Origin: Gnetum montanum
Lineage: Eukaryota > Plantae > Gnetophyta
DNA: 64,000 bases
Reading direction: 5' to 3'
Assembly: GCA_015680685.1 (NCBI GenBank)
Contig: MNCI01002414.1
Location: 1,747 to 65,746, forward strand
Shown here: positions 12,250 to 25,510 of the stretch, piece after piece
How the letters are laid out: each line of letters begins with the position of its first letter
How positions within the stretch are numbered: position 1 is the first letter of the stretch
The notes under the pieces: model-generated
The model's input: only the letters and a program-made list of their open reading frames with translations
Database searches by the model: none
What the model was told of the DNA's origin: nothing
Translations under genes and position numbers: made by a program

Positions 12250-13357
12250 ACCATTAAGGATCACCTCACTATTGCCTAGAGTTTGTAAAAATTCCTACTA
12301 AAAAAGTTTCTTATTTGGTATATTAATTTTGCAATAGCATATAATTTAGTGGTTTGTACAAAAATATGTTTGTTCTTTCATAAAATTGGCCTCCCTTTAA
12401 GTTGGATTGTAACAACTCAAAGATTGAATGAGAAAGTGATTATTGAAATTACAAATAGAAATTTAGAGAAAAAAATTTCAATTCCAAAGAAAAATTAGAG
12501 TTAAGCAAGCTTATTCACTTTCTCCAACACTCTATGGCATCGTTATTGATTAAATGCAAGAATGATTGTGCAATAAGCAAGATAGTCATGTTATCAAAAT
12601 TGGATCCTAAGTAATAAATCTTCTTTTATATGCAGATGATGCACGTTTATGTTCATTATTATAGAAGGTATGCAAAATATATTGCAATATTTAGAAAATT
12701 ATTTGGTCTTGTGAATGTGAATAAAACCAAGTTCATGATATGGGAAATAAAAAATACCTATAATAACTTCCATTTCAGGGTACCAATGTGTAAATAATAT
12801 ATTCTTTTAAATATTTGGATCTCATTTATATGAACAAATTATATCTAGGGAAAGTTCATCAAAGAAAGAATAACATGAGATTTTAAAGGTCTATATCCTT
12901 TCGAAAACAAGTGTAAGGATTTAGGACTCTAAGCTTGGAAGATTAGAAAACAAATTTTTTAGACTATCATATATCCTTCTATATTGTATGGATGTAATGT
13001 TTGGGAACCTACACTCAATAATAAACTTTAAAACGCTATTTAAAGAGTGCAAGAAAAGTTTTTTGTGAATGAGTTAAAGGTGAAGATGTAAACATTTTAC
13101 TCAATATTATTATACGAATATAATTTATTACCTTTACAAGTAGAAGCCTAGTGCCACTTCATTATACACACTTATAGCTTGTATATCTTAAGGTAAAACA
13201 AATTATCTAAAGTAGTTCTTGAAGATTCATAACACTATGGGTGATATTTTCAAGGAATGTAATGCTTGAGAAAATAGAATATCTCTTGGGAGGACATGCA
13301 AAAAAATTGTAACCATAATTGTCAATTTGAAGGTTAATCAAAATATTTTAATGCAAA
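12250..13357 (+). mobile_element. Decayed non-LTR (LINE) RT fragment; host of element A
   Basis: LLLYADDA at about 12619-12643, followed by KTKFMI, FKYLG-like and LYGCNVW motifs. Confidence 0.75.
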
Positions 13358-15209
13358 TGTAGAAACACCCTAAAAATTCCAAGACATTCTTGCTTCACCG
13401 GGTTCTTGGAATTTAAGCAAAGGATTTCCACAAGTGCAACATCATGGTAGTTTGGCAGGAAATGGATGCTTTGAGTTTAGATTGTGCAATTTAGCAAATT
13501 TTCTATTTCCAATGTTGATAGGTTCGACGGACCCTCCAACCTGCCCACTTGGGTAATTCATCTACCTAACAATTTACCCAGAAACCATGCTTGGAGTTCT
13601 CAGCGGTGCTCAAGATGCGCAAAACAGTTTGACATGTTTTCTAGTCAAGAAGTTTGCTATGCTACGCTATGCTATGTAGTGTAGCAGGCCTCAGAAGATA
13701 GTTGTTTAGGCGACCAAACTATTGTAAGACGAAGTGCTATGCTATGCTACACTACACAGTGTAGCACAACATAGCAAAGGCAAAAAAGAAAGGCCCAACT
13801 TACCCAGTGATTCCAATTGCACTTGGCAAGCACTCCAGCCTTCAAAACCAATTGTGTTGTTCAACTTCAAGTCCTTCAGCAAACCTCCTCTTACTAGAAA
13901 AGTTGCAGATTAAGCAAAAAGTAGGCTATGTTGGCTACTATGCTATGCTATGCTACATAGTGTAGCAGGGCATAACAATGATGCAAGAACGACAAAAGGG
14001 GTCTCATAATGTAGGATCAGCAAGTTCATAAGTGTTACGTCACAAAGAGAAAAGGTTGTAGATTGTCAACATGATCATCAAACAAATGTCCACAACTCAA
14101 GTGCAAATCGCAGTTAAAGCTAGCTGCTATGCTATGTAGCATAGCATAGCATAGCAAACATGTAGAACTAGCCAAAACATTTCAAAGGATTCCAGCACAT
14201 TCAAATTTCTTTTTCGAATTGGTGGCTATGCTATGCTATGCTACATAGCGTAGCACAATGTAGCAAGCAGCTATGCTATGCCAACATGCTACACTTCACA
14301 GCATAGCATAGTGTAGCAAGCAATTACACTACTTCAATGTGCTTCACTTTTTATCTGCATCATGGGCACACTTGATCCCAACATCTCTAGTTCTGACAGT
14401 GTAATTGCAACGTGACAGGTTCATGATTAGCTTTGCATGTTTATGCAGTACAAACATGTTAACATCTTGTGGGTCCAAGATACATGGCATCCAAACTACA
14501 TCTCTTGTGTGCTCCTAGCCCTATAAATACCTTGACGAGCAATGCTGAAAGGGTTGGAAAATTTTGCGTTGGTTGGTAACTTTTAGCAATTGGAAATTTT
14601 TAAGCATTATTGGCAACCCAAAGCATTCTTAGCACTGGTTGGAAAATTGGCAATCTTGGTGTTTGGAAAAATTTTTTAGCTTTTGGCAATCTGGCTGGCA
14701 AACGTTGGTAAAATTTGGTTGGCAAACTTTAGCAATTTGTTAACAAAAATTGACAAGTTGACTTTGTAGCATTTCGCATTATTGGCCCTTAAGTTTGCAT
14801 TCAAGAGCACAGTTGGCTTGCTTTGAATGTCCTAGTTACTTTTGAGATCTCTATGCTTCCCAGTGTTGCACAACTGATTGTATCCATCTTGACAAGGTAA
14901 AGCTGTAATCTTGAAGTAGTGCATTTCTTAACTCTAGTTTGTTTTATTTTCTTGCTTACCATTGCATTCTACATTGTTTTCACTTCCTTGCATTTAATAA
15001 TTGTTATTTTATGTTATAAGAATTTTTTCCATATTAAACATTTACATAAGGTTTAGTGACACTGACTAAGTTCCTGTCTGATCGACCAGACCATTCAGGG
15101 CACCCCACTTCCGTTTGATTGAGTACGACCCTCACACGGATCCATGCTTAAGACTATCTGACCAACAACCTCTTGGTGTTTCTAGCCACTGGTGTTTTTG
15201 GTCACAATA
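13358..15209 (+). repeat. Element A 5' LTR (about 1.85 kb)
   Basis: Starts TGTAGAAACACC, has CTATAAATA at about 14521, and is followed by the PBS. Homologous to 25511-27372, 63483-64000 and, more distantly, the B LTRs. Confidence 0.9.
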
Positions 15210-15215
15210 GATGTT

Positions 15216-15232
15216 TGGCACTAGAAGGAGGG
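15216..15232 (+). promoter_or_regulatory. PBS complementary to the plant tRNA-Asn 3' end
   Basis: TGGCACTAGAAGGAGGG versus TGGCGCTAGAAGGAGGG (reverse complement of the tRNA-Asn end ...CCCTCCTTCTAGCGCCA). Confidence 0.8.
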
Positions 15233-15611
15233 CCTTTTAGTGCCCTTTCCATGCTATACGGTAGTCTTGTAAGCATTCTACACCCCAACATGCACTAGTG
15301 TAAATATGACACCCTTCTGTGGCTATTTATGCATTGTGTGGTGCAGATCAGTTGCTTCGATGGTTCCTTTGGAATCTTGTAGAACATAAAGCCTCTGATC
15401 GCCATTTGACCCCCTTGTTTAATAGTAGCTTTACATGCGTTCTGTACTCCATTACACACTAGCATAAATGTCACACCCTTTCATGATTTTCTACACATCT
15501 TGTGGTGCAGATCAGTCACTCCGATGGTTCCTTTAGAATCGTGTTAGATGGAAAGCCTTTGATTGCCTTCTGATCTCCTTTTTTTCCTTGTTTGCAAACC
15601 CTTTTAGCATT

Positions 15612-18600
15612 ATGAAAATGATTTCCTTGAGCATTGTTGCTACTACCTCTAATGTTGAGGTTCCCCTCAGGGTTCAAGGCATTGCAAGTGCTGAACAGCT
15701 GCCCAGCCTAGTTCTAGGGCCATGTCAATCCCTTAGGATCCAAAACCAGGCACCTGAGGGCTTTTCTTAGCAATACGAGTGATATAACTTTCTCTGCACT
15801 AAGTGTAGGAAAACTTGCCCTTATATACACAATAACGTGAAGAAAAACGTAGCTTCAAGTTCACTTACTATGATCAAAGGAAATTTTTTCCCACTCCTAG
15901 CATTTTCATCCCTTTAACGCAAATAAACCAATGGCTCATAGATTAGTTGATCCAGTTCATTAGGCCTAGGAAGCTGCAGGACATGGTGAACAAGCCGACT
16001 CTCTACCGTTGCTCCCTTCATGATCATGTCTGCGCCATCACAACCTATGATTACATTGGCAATGGGTAGCCATGCCATGTCCTTGGGATATCAACATGCC
16101 TACTCCCCTATTTCATTCTTAGCCACTACTCCTCTACCAACCATTCCCCAGTCCATTCCTGTATCGCATCATGCACCAATAATGGCTACCCTGCCCCACA
16201 TTCACACCATACCTACCTCGTAGTTGCATGCAGTCTCTATGTCCATTACTATGTTTACACCTTCCCCCACCATCAGCAGTGGTCCCAGGCCCGTCCACAT
16301 GGTGGACCCCATTCACTTCTCCTCCTATTTTGCAACCGTTGCAAATGTCCTTTTATGCTAGCCAACAAACCTACCAAGTCTCACAAATGGTACAACCTAG
16401 CACGGGACTCTGATCTATCCCACTGGCCACACAAATAGCCTATCCTATAGCACAACCCTCAACTACTACTCCAATAGCACCACCCACCGCATGGTGGATA
16501 GTCCAAGTAGCACCATTCATAGGGGCCATCCCAATGGCACTACCTATGGGTCATGTCATTGCCCCTACCACACCACAGATGGGAGCTGCCCCGACAATTC
16601 CCCAATCATCCACATCATCTCCTTGTCTGGATAAAGCATTTCATCTTATCTAGACCCTTACAGAGGAAATAAAACACCTCAAGGCTATCAGTTCTAATAC
16701 AGTACAACTCATGGACTTCTACCAGGATGATCCCATCAGCCTGACAGTCCCCACACTAACTTTACAACCTAGGATGACACTTCCCCAGTTCACAAAAAAA
16801 AATTGGAAAGGTGATCCCAATGCACATCTTGTTACGTTCATGTTCGATTCCCTTATTATGCAATAATGAACACATACAATCATGCATGTCTTTGCCATCT
16901 CTCTGACCAAAAAAGCCCTGGACTGGTAGCGCGCCCTTCCACGCTCATCCATATCAACCCTAGAGGAGCTCCTGACCCAGTTCATGATGAGTTTCAAGTA
17001 TAACTTCAGACCAGAAGTCACGCTGGATTAGTTGATGAGTGTGAAATAAGACCCACTAGAACCAGTCCAGAAATTTATACAGCGCTAGAGCACTACCCTT
17101 AACGAGATTCGTGAAACCATCGCGGAGGCCCATTTGCTAGCTGTCTTTAAGGGTGAGGTGAACGACTTTATCAAGTCCAAGCTATACTATCTCACTCCAT
17201 GCACTCTTAGTCAGGCTTTTGCCTAGACTAAGAGCATACAAGATGCGGTTGAGGCAAGAAAAGACCTGGCCTATGTTACATATAAGAACACCTTCATGAA
17301 GAAGCAAAAAGACAAGGGTAAGGCTGCAATAGCCACAGTGGCCACTATGGCGAACGAGGCTAAACCCAATAATAGTAACAATAATAACAAGAAACTAACC
17401 ACACCTACAACTAAACCTACTCCCAAATAGGGCAATGCACCTCAACCTTCCACATCCACACCTAAAGCATCTACACCACCTAAACCAAACTTTGAGCATA
17501 AAGATCACTCAAAGTATACCCTATTGCCTGTTAAGCCTTTAGATCTTTTGAAGTAATTACTGGTGGCAGGGTACATCCAACACAAGTGGATGTAAGAGGA
17601 GGGAGCCAGGAAACATCAGCGGTACTAAGAACTCCTTACAAACCCCTCTTTGGCTTTGCCCAATGAGCCCCCAGTTCCTAAGGGTTTTAGGATAGAGTGG
17701 TTCTGTGAGTACCATCAATACTATGGTTATGACATGGATTATTGCATGGCATTAAAATATGACATCCAAAGGATGATTGATCAAGGGAAACTAGTGCTAG
17801 ACAAAAGCAACCTAGTACGTCCCAAGAATCAGTCCCTACACATTTACATGGATCCTCTTAACACCAACAACATCGGTTACATTATTAACACCATCAACAT
17901 TGATAGTAATCCTAGACCACCCCAGTAGCCGTTTGTCATCCGTGTGCCTCAGCATAGCACACCAGTACCACCAATGGCTAATCTAACCCAACAACAACCA
18001 TTTTTCCTGAGAGTCTCTCCCCAGTCATCCGCCCCTACACCACCTATTTCCCAGGCATCTGCCCCTGCATCATCTACAAGCAAAAATGCACCACCACATA
18101 CACTAACACCATTAGCACCATTCATTATCAAGGGGCCAAGCCATTCAATATTCCCTACCTCTCATAAGACAACTTCATAGCCTTCTTGTTCTAAGAAACG
18201 AGAAGTGCACTTCACGGGTGAGACATCAAGGGAAAGTACCATCCCAGGTACTTTCAAGCCTACGTCCTTGCCCCCTGCATCTACGCCCTCGTCATTGAAA
18301 GATAATGTTGTAACATGTGCACAATCTTCACCACCTCACCCAAAAGGATCTGAACCCAGACCCAAAATTGTATCTCCTTGAGAAATTCATCTCCTGGAAT
18401 GAATGGAAGAGGAGAAAAGTAGTAAACAAGAAGGTGGACAAGACCTTTTGAGTGCTCTCACCTAGGCCAAGCAACCTATGAAATAGAAGAATACTACGCT
18501 AAGCCTATATGACCTAATCATGACATCTACCACACATCATGAGGCTTTGGTTCACATGTTAACGGCAATTCTGATTGACGAGAACATGCTGGTAGAAGAA

Positions 18601-19386
18601 AAAGCGACCCACTCGGTCATGCTTCCTTCTCCACCTATAGAACCCCAGCCATCCCAATTGACTTTCTATGATGAATCCATTAGGGAAGACCCTAAAGAGG
18701 GTCAGGTAACTACAACACCCCTGTTCATCACAATTCAGGTTGGACAACATAAGATTCGAAGGGTACACGTCAATGATGAGGCTGCTACAAACATCATCCC
18801 TTTCCCTATTGTGGATAAGCTAGGTTTGGTTGACCAAATCAAACCCACAACAATGTCATGCTTAAAGTCATTCAATGGGGCATGGGTCATGGTGAAAGGC
18901 ATGATCCAAATTAACTTTGTGGTAGGGGACCAGTTCCCCAAAAACGCAACATTCATCATGGTTGAAGAGATGTCCAGGTTTAACCTGATCTTGGGGAGGT
19001 CATGGTTAGTGCAACTTAAGGCTATGTCTTCACCCATTCATCAAGAGATCCATCTACCTTATGTAGGTAGGGAGGTCGTAATCCATGGCGATGAGGTAGT
19101 AATGCAAGCTATCAACAACGTAGATATGGAATAGTGCTCAGAGGTCATAACCTCTAAGAATGAAGCGCTTGTCCCTATAGATACTAACCGTTCAATAAGA
19201 GAACTAGCTCATCATGCCGGTTTAGAAAACAAAAATGTGTGGATTCAGTTTCCCTTCCAAGTAGAGGACAACAATGTAGATGAAGGCCATAGCATAGTGT
19301 CTCAGCCTTACACCTTGTCCAATCCACAATGGGTCAAGAAGTAGTTACGCATAACATAGCAACCCCACTGTTTCTTGCCCAGTTGA
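15612..19386 (+). pseudogene. Element A gag-protease ORF (Pro/Thr-rich N-terminus, capsid, Cys-His box, PR)
   Basis: DPNAHLVTF...KALDW; WFCEYHQYYGYDMDYCMALKYDIQRMIDQGKL; IRRVHVNDEAATNIIP...FNLILGRSWL. It ends FLPS*, as in element B. Confidence 0.88.
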
Positions 19387-19494
19387 CATCCTTTGTACAT
19401 TTACCACCTTTTTGTTTTGCATCCATCCATCTATGGTAGGTACTAATTAGCTATTCTCTAAATCATTAGCATATCATTTTTTTACCATCCCATT

Positions 19495-19797
19495 GTCCAA
19501 AATGTCCTAAAACTACGCTACTATCCCAGGGCCTGAAATGGCCTAAAACTAGCAGTGGCCCGAAACGGCCTAAAACTATATTACGGCCCACTAAGGTCTA
19601 AAACTAGCAAGATTTCTTCTGTTTACATCATGCCCAACAACCCAAAATGGCCTAAAATTAGCAATGGCCCAAAATGGCCTAAAACTAGCAATGGCCTGAA
19701 ATGGCCTAAAACTAGCAACTACCCGAAATGGCCTAAAACTAGCAGGGGCCTATAATGGCCTAAAACTACCAAGGGCCTGAAATGGCCAAAAACTAGA
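19495..19797 (+). repeat. Tandem array, about 26-bp unit (CTGAAATGGCCTAAAACTAGCAATGG)
   Basis: About 10 copies visible directly downstream of the gag-PR stop; orthologous array at 50130-50310. Confidence 0.9.
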
Positions 19798-19984
19798 ACA
19801 TTAAAAATGAAAACATGAAATTGATCACATAGATAATCCATAAGATAGCATAAAATCAATTTCTTTTCCAAAATTTTCTTCTTCATTTAAATATTTTGTC
19901 ACTTAAACAATTTTTTCAATAGTTTTGCAAAAAATACAAAAAAATCAAAAATCCATGTTGTCATAAGCCATGTTCACCTACATC

Positions 19985-22900
19985 ATCTTGACCCATATTT
20001 TTTCCTTCCACATTATCATTTTTTTTGTTACCTTCCTTTCCACTACCCTCTTCTGCCTCTTCATTTTTTCCCTCTACAGGCCTTATGTCTTCGTCGTGAA
20101 TCTGCATTATAAAAAGTGAAGTAGCCAGCTAAAGCAATACACGAAAGCTAGAATAGAGCATAAGCCTTTGCATAGCAAAAAGTGACTAACTCGAGATGGC
20201 CCCGCATCTTCCTCAAGGGGTATGCGATCCAACCCAAGCCCGAGGTGGTCCCAAACCTCCTTCTTCATGATATCTACCTAGTACCTATCACTTGGTTCAA
20301 CATTTGTAGTAGCTTTCTCCTTTTCAATGGCTGTCCATCTTGGCAGTCCCAGAGAAAATAAGGTAGTAGCAGTCGCACTTGTGGGAAGATCCACTTCCCG
20401 TTTAGGAGATTTAGTGACCATCACTTGCTCCATGAACTTGTTGTAAGCTTCAGAAGCACCAATAGCATCTAGGAATGCTTCGTGAGTGAAAAATTTCATT
20501 GAAGCATCCCAATATTATTTATGATATGTGGCACATTCCAATTTATACATGTGCTTCTGATTTTTATGGGACTACCCCCACTCGTAAACTCTTGTGCTAT
20601 AGTCTTTCTAGTCTTGGTTCTTTTGAGCCAAAAAATCCATCTACATCTATTGTTCTATTATTTCCCGAGTAGCCTCATTGTTGCGACCACATGGTTGTCC
20701 AATATCTAGCATAATCTATGATAGTCGTGCACCAACTGCCATCATTTGCATCAAGAGCCAGGAGGAAATTATTCTTGGATTGAAGGTCTTTCAACTCGGT
20801 GCTCAGTTCAGCCTTCTCCTTCTCAGTCCTTTGGACTTATTTCCACAGGTCTTCATTGACACGCCTACACTCCCATAAGGAGCATGTTGAGCGCAAAGTG
20901 CATTTTCTAGCCTCGTCGTATATGCAACAAGGCACCTTGGCCACTTCGGGTGGGAATGTAGGCATGGCATTGACTTTCAGCGCTCATTTTGGATCCCACT
21001 TGAGTCGAGAGGCTATAACCACACAAAGCGCACATTAGTCACATTGACTTTCAAGCGCATAGCAAAGTTAGTGACTCAAGAAATCTGGCGTAGTAACCTT
21101 AAAGAGCCTAGCATATTTTTTTTACTTACCTACTTCAGGATCGACCTGTCTAAGACAACTGATCATGTCATCAACGATCCCCTGCATGAACGTAAGCTTG
21201 TCGGGGGTCTTGTAGCATTGACAATGGTGTCTATCATGCAACCAAACACATCAATAATGATCGAGATGGACTACAATAAGGCTGTGAGTAACACAAACGA
21301 TAGTGTAAGGGCTCCTACCCAGTAAATCCTTGGGGGTGATAACAGGGGGATCGTCCATTGACATATTGTTGAATATATTGTCAAACTCACCAGCATCTAA
21401 TTGTAGTTCCCCTCCTTTCTAGCTCAAAACTATGGTAGCACCCTTAGCATTCGTCCACTCCCCTAATGCTAAACTGCATTTAGCAAAGGGATCTCTAGTA
21501 GAAGTCCCTTCCCAGTTGATGCAGGCTTTCTCTTTATTTGATGGGATTTTTCTTTTTAAGGCACCAACATCCCTTTTGTCCATGGGAGGCTCCTCTTCAT
21601 ATCCAAAAATATCCTCTTCTTTAGTAGGAGGGATTTCCTTGTTGACAAGAGCCCCTTCCTTAATGGAAGGAGCTCATTCCCTCTTGACTGGGGCTCTTTC
21701 CTCTATGATTAGGCCCCTCACATTTTTATTTGCCACCCCCATCTTGGGGGCTGACACCTCTTCATCACCTTCTTCTTCTTCTTCATCTCCTTCCTCTAGT
21801 AGAAAAAACATATTCGCATTATAGCTTAAACCACGTTAGCTTAAAATAGGTACTACGCTATGCTACGTTGCCTAGCATAGCATAGAATAGCAAGCATTTA
21901 ATCAAAAGGTGAAGAAACAAACATAGAGAATAGCATTTAACGATGAGAGGCTATATCCTACGTAGTTTAAACTACAATGATGGCCATTCTTCCTCATCCA
22001 TATGGGGTAGTTCCTTAGCTAGATAAGGCCTCTTTCATCATAATTTAGTGGCCACCATCTTAGCGATGAGATGTTTCCCCTGCAATATGCTACCTATAGT
22101 AGCAGGGGGTACCTCTCCCACGTTGTCCTGGCCATGGAAGTTGCGGGCCACCCAATCCTTAGTTGTTATGGAAAATGACTCCCCAATAGCTTCTGGGGGA
22201 TCTTGGGCTTGGGTGGTCTAGAGGATTTGGCAGATCACTGGTTTGGAAATTTGGTTATGATCTAACATAACCTAGACTCCATTCTCACAGACTCCCAAGA
22301 ACTCTGTGAAACACTGCAAGAAAGCTATGTAAAAATCATGAGGCACGTTGAAACATGATTCATGGTTCTTATGAAGCTTGATCATTTCAGCTTGAAGGCC
22401 TTTGCAGAGATGCCTAGCCTAGTTGTAATGGGCCCCCTCTTCCATGACCTCCCTCATCACCCAAGCCTTCTCAATCCAAATGATCTTTCCTTGGGAAAGT
22501 AGCTAGGGGAACGCATGGGCACGAAAGACAAGATAAACATCTTTGGTGGCTTTCAGCTTGGCCTTCTCCATGAGGATCCCCTTTAATCCTTTTGCAATCC
22601 CTAACCACTCCTCAATGTTCCTCTAATAGTTTGCCTCTTTCTTGATCTTTGAACCTATGGGGAGACCATTAGCATGGACACCAAAAAGGTTTGTGAATGG
22701 ATGTTCATTGATTTCAAGAACCACTCGCATGTCATGTCCACGTGTGCAGAAGAAATCTATCTTTTTGGAAAAGGAGTCAACTAGGGTGAGCATGTTAGCA
22801 GTAGGGATGCTTGGGTTCATGGCTAGGAACAAATCCATGAGCCCAACATCCTGAAGGTCCTTAATCAGGGATTCCAAGGCTGTGTGGCATAACTAGTGTT

Positions 22901-24627
22901 GGCTCTAATCTACCTCCCCATACTTGAAGTAGATGTTGGCCTCCTGATGCCCAAAGGTGATCACCATCACCTCTTGATACTTCTTTGCTGCTATAGTAGT
23001 TTGCACAAAAACACAAAAAAGTAAAACAAAAAAAAAGTTAAACAAGGCATAAGCAACAAAAAAATAGGGATGACATTCGAACGTGCAGTGGTTTACTATT
23101 TAGCTTACCAGGTCTAAATGATGATGAGAATGGCAAAAGATAAACCAAGACATCTTCAACAGTGATCGGTTTAAAGAGTGTCCATCCCCCATCCAACCAA
23201 CCAGACTCCTTGCATCTATTGTAGAACTTGGAATACCGGGTTGGGTAAGTTTTGTACTCACCCCGCATTGGCCTATCACACCTGCACGTATATTCTCAGT
23301 GAAAGAAAACTCCTTCAGTGTCATCTATGCTAAGGTCAACACATCTGTATCATCATGAAGCCCATTCTTGTTGATGAAAAACTTGGTAACAAAAACACAC
23401 TGTTAACATTTGTCTAGTGTAGCAAACATTTCACAGCGTAGTAGAACATATCTACAAAACTCACCCACTGGCACAGTAAATGATTCCTGGTGGATTTTGG
23501 AAGCATGTTCCCATGTGACACGCATTAAACAATGTGTTGTATGGATCGTAGCAATTATACTCAGGCATCACCCAGATCCAGGCCAAACACCTCAATTTTT
23601 TTGGATGCTAACTGGATCTTTCTCCCTACCCACTACTAATTTCTCAATCAGTCAAAAATTTTAGAATACCCTGATTTGCCCCAGGCAATAGGGTTTTTTT
23701 TATGACAGCCGCTACCTCCTCTACCAAGTGTGACCAAACGATCACACTAAAGCACTGGAGGAGAAATTGTAGAAAGTCCTCTGCTCCTTCCCAGAACCAG
23801 ATCCCCTACTACCCTGCACATGCATGGGGTGGAGGGACATTAGCCACTAGTTCACATATAGGACCCCTACAATTTCTAGGATAATCAAGATTGGCCTTAG
23901 CGCCACCCTGCACAACACAATAGCAAATGTTAACAACATGTTCGAGTGAAGTTCAAATAAGCATCGTAGAAAATAGCATTTAGCAGATAGCGTAACACAA
24001 TTCTCTTCATGCATATAGCATAGCAAAAAATATGAAGGCAATAGCATAGCAGGATTAGCTTAGCGTAGCAACAACAAAACTAAAGACAAATATTCAAACG
24101 ATGAAGTATTTAATATACTATACCAATTCAACAAATCTACCTAACAAAGTGATTAGCATGATGTCATAACAAAACACGTGTTACACTGTCACATCACGCA
24201 CATGGACAAACCCTCTTGAGGATCATACACTATGCTATGTGCATCTCAAGTGGCTCAAATCATCCAAGCCTCTACGACAATGACAGTTGTAGTGATGGCA
24301 GTCTAGGCAACATTGCATGCAACCTTAGTGTAGTTTCTGTATGTCCCTAGTGGCCGAAATAGCAAAAACGATGATGTAAAGGCCAAAATAATGACAACAC
24401 GATGACAAAAAATAGATATTGCAAAACAAACATTGCAGAAACAAAAACATTAAAAGTAAAAATAATAATAGAGGCATAAGAAAATAGAGGAAGCATAGTA
24501 GCCTACCGGGCTAATGGTGTCTCCTCTCGCACCATGATGTGCGATGCGACACACGCCCTAGGGTTTCTTTCACTTTGTCGACCTTGGTGAGTGCTAGGTG
24601 TTTGTGTTCTTTCCTGGGAGCCATCAT
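19985..24627 (-). pseudogene. Spliced antisense accessory gene, copy A (HAD/FCP1-like + plant-transposon-like domain + acidic region + coiled coil)
   Basis: Exons at about 24627-24507 and 24346-24180 (both tentative), 23907-23465, 23383-23109, 22990-21941, 21795-21130, 21012-20191 and 20101-19985. GT/AG sites mostly retained and positionally identical to copy B. Confidence 0.85.
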
Positions 24628-24649
24628 CTCGCTTGCCGACTCTTTCTTC

Positions 24650-25510
24650 AAGTTAACAAAGATTATTCACTTTCTCCAACACTCTATGGTATCGTTATTG
24701 CATTAATACAAGAATGATTATGCAATAACAAGATAGTCATGTTATCAAAATTGGATCCTAAGTAATAAATCTTCTTTTATATGCCGATGATGCCACATTT
24801 ATGTTCATTATTATAGAAGGTATGCAAAATATATTGCAAATTTTAGAAAATTATTTGGTCTTCTGAATGTGAATAAAACCAAGTTCATGATATGCGAAAT
24901 AAAAAATACCTATAATAACTTCCATTTCAGAGGTACCAGTGTGTAAATAATAGATTCATTTAAATATTTGAATCTCGTTTATATGAACAAATTATATCTA
25001 GGGAAATTTCATCAAAGAAAGAATAGCATGAGATTTTGAAGGTCTATATCCTTTCAAAAACAAGTGTAAGGATTTAGGACTCTAAGCTTGGAAGATTAGA
25101 AAAAAAAAATTTTAGACTATCATATATCCTTCTATATTGTATGGATGTGATGTTTGGGGACCTACACTCAGTAATAAACTTTAAAAAGATATTTAAAGAG
25201 TGCAAGAAAATTTTTTTGTTAATGAGTTAAAGGTGAAGATGTAAACATTTTACTCAATATTATTATACGAATATAATTTATTACCTTTACAAGTAGAAGC
25301 CTAGTGCCAATTCATTATACACACTTATAGCTTGTATATCTTAAGGCAAAACGAATTATCTAAAGTAGTTCTTAAAGATTCATAAGACTACAGGTGATAT
25401 TTTCAACGAATGTAATGCTTGAGAAAATAGAATATCTCTTGGGAGGACATGCAAAAAAATCGTAACCATAATTGTCAATTTTGAGGTTAATCAAAATATT
25501 TTAATGTAGA
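24650..25510 (+). repeat. Duplicate of the LINE flank 12499-13357
   Basis: Near-identical copy: about 10 differences in a 180-nt stretch counted by eye. Confidence 0.95.

Larger units (their letters stand above)
13358..24649 (+). mobile_element. Element A: Tat/Ogre-like Gypsy, 3'-truncated (LTR-PBS-gag-PR-array-antisense gene; no pol)
   Basis: Colinear homology to element B from the PBS to the 5' end of the antisense gene; breakpoint at about 24649. Confidence 0.9.
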
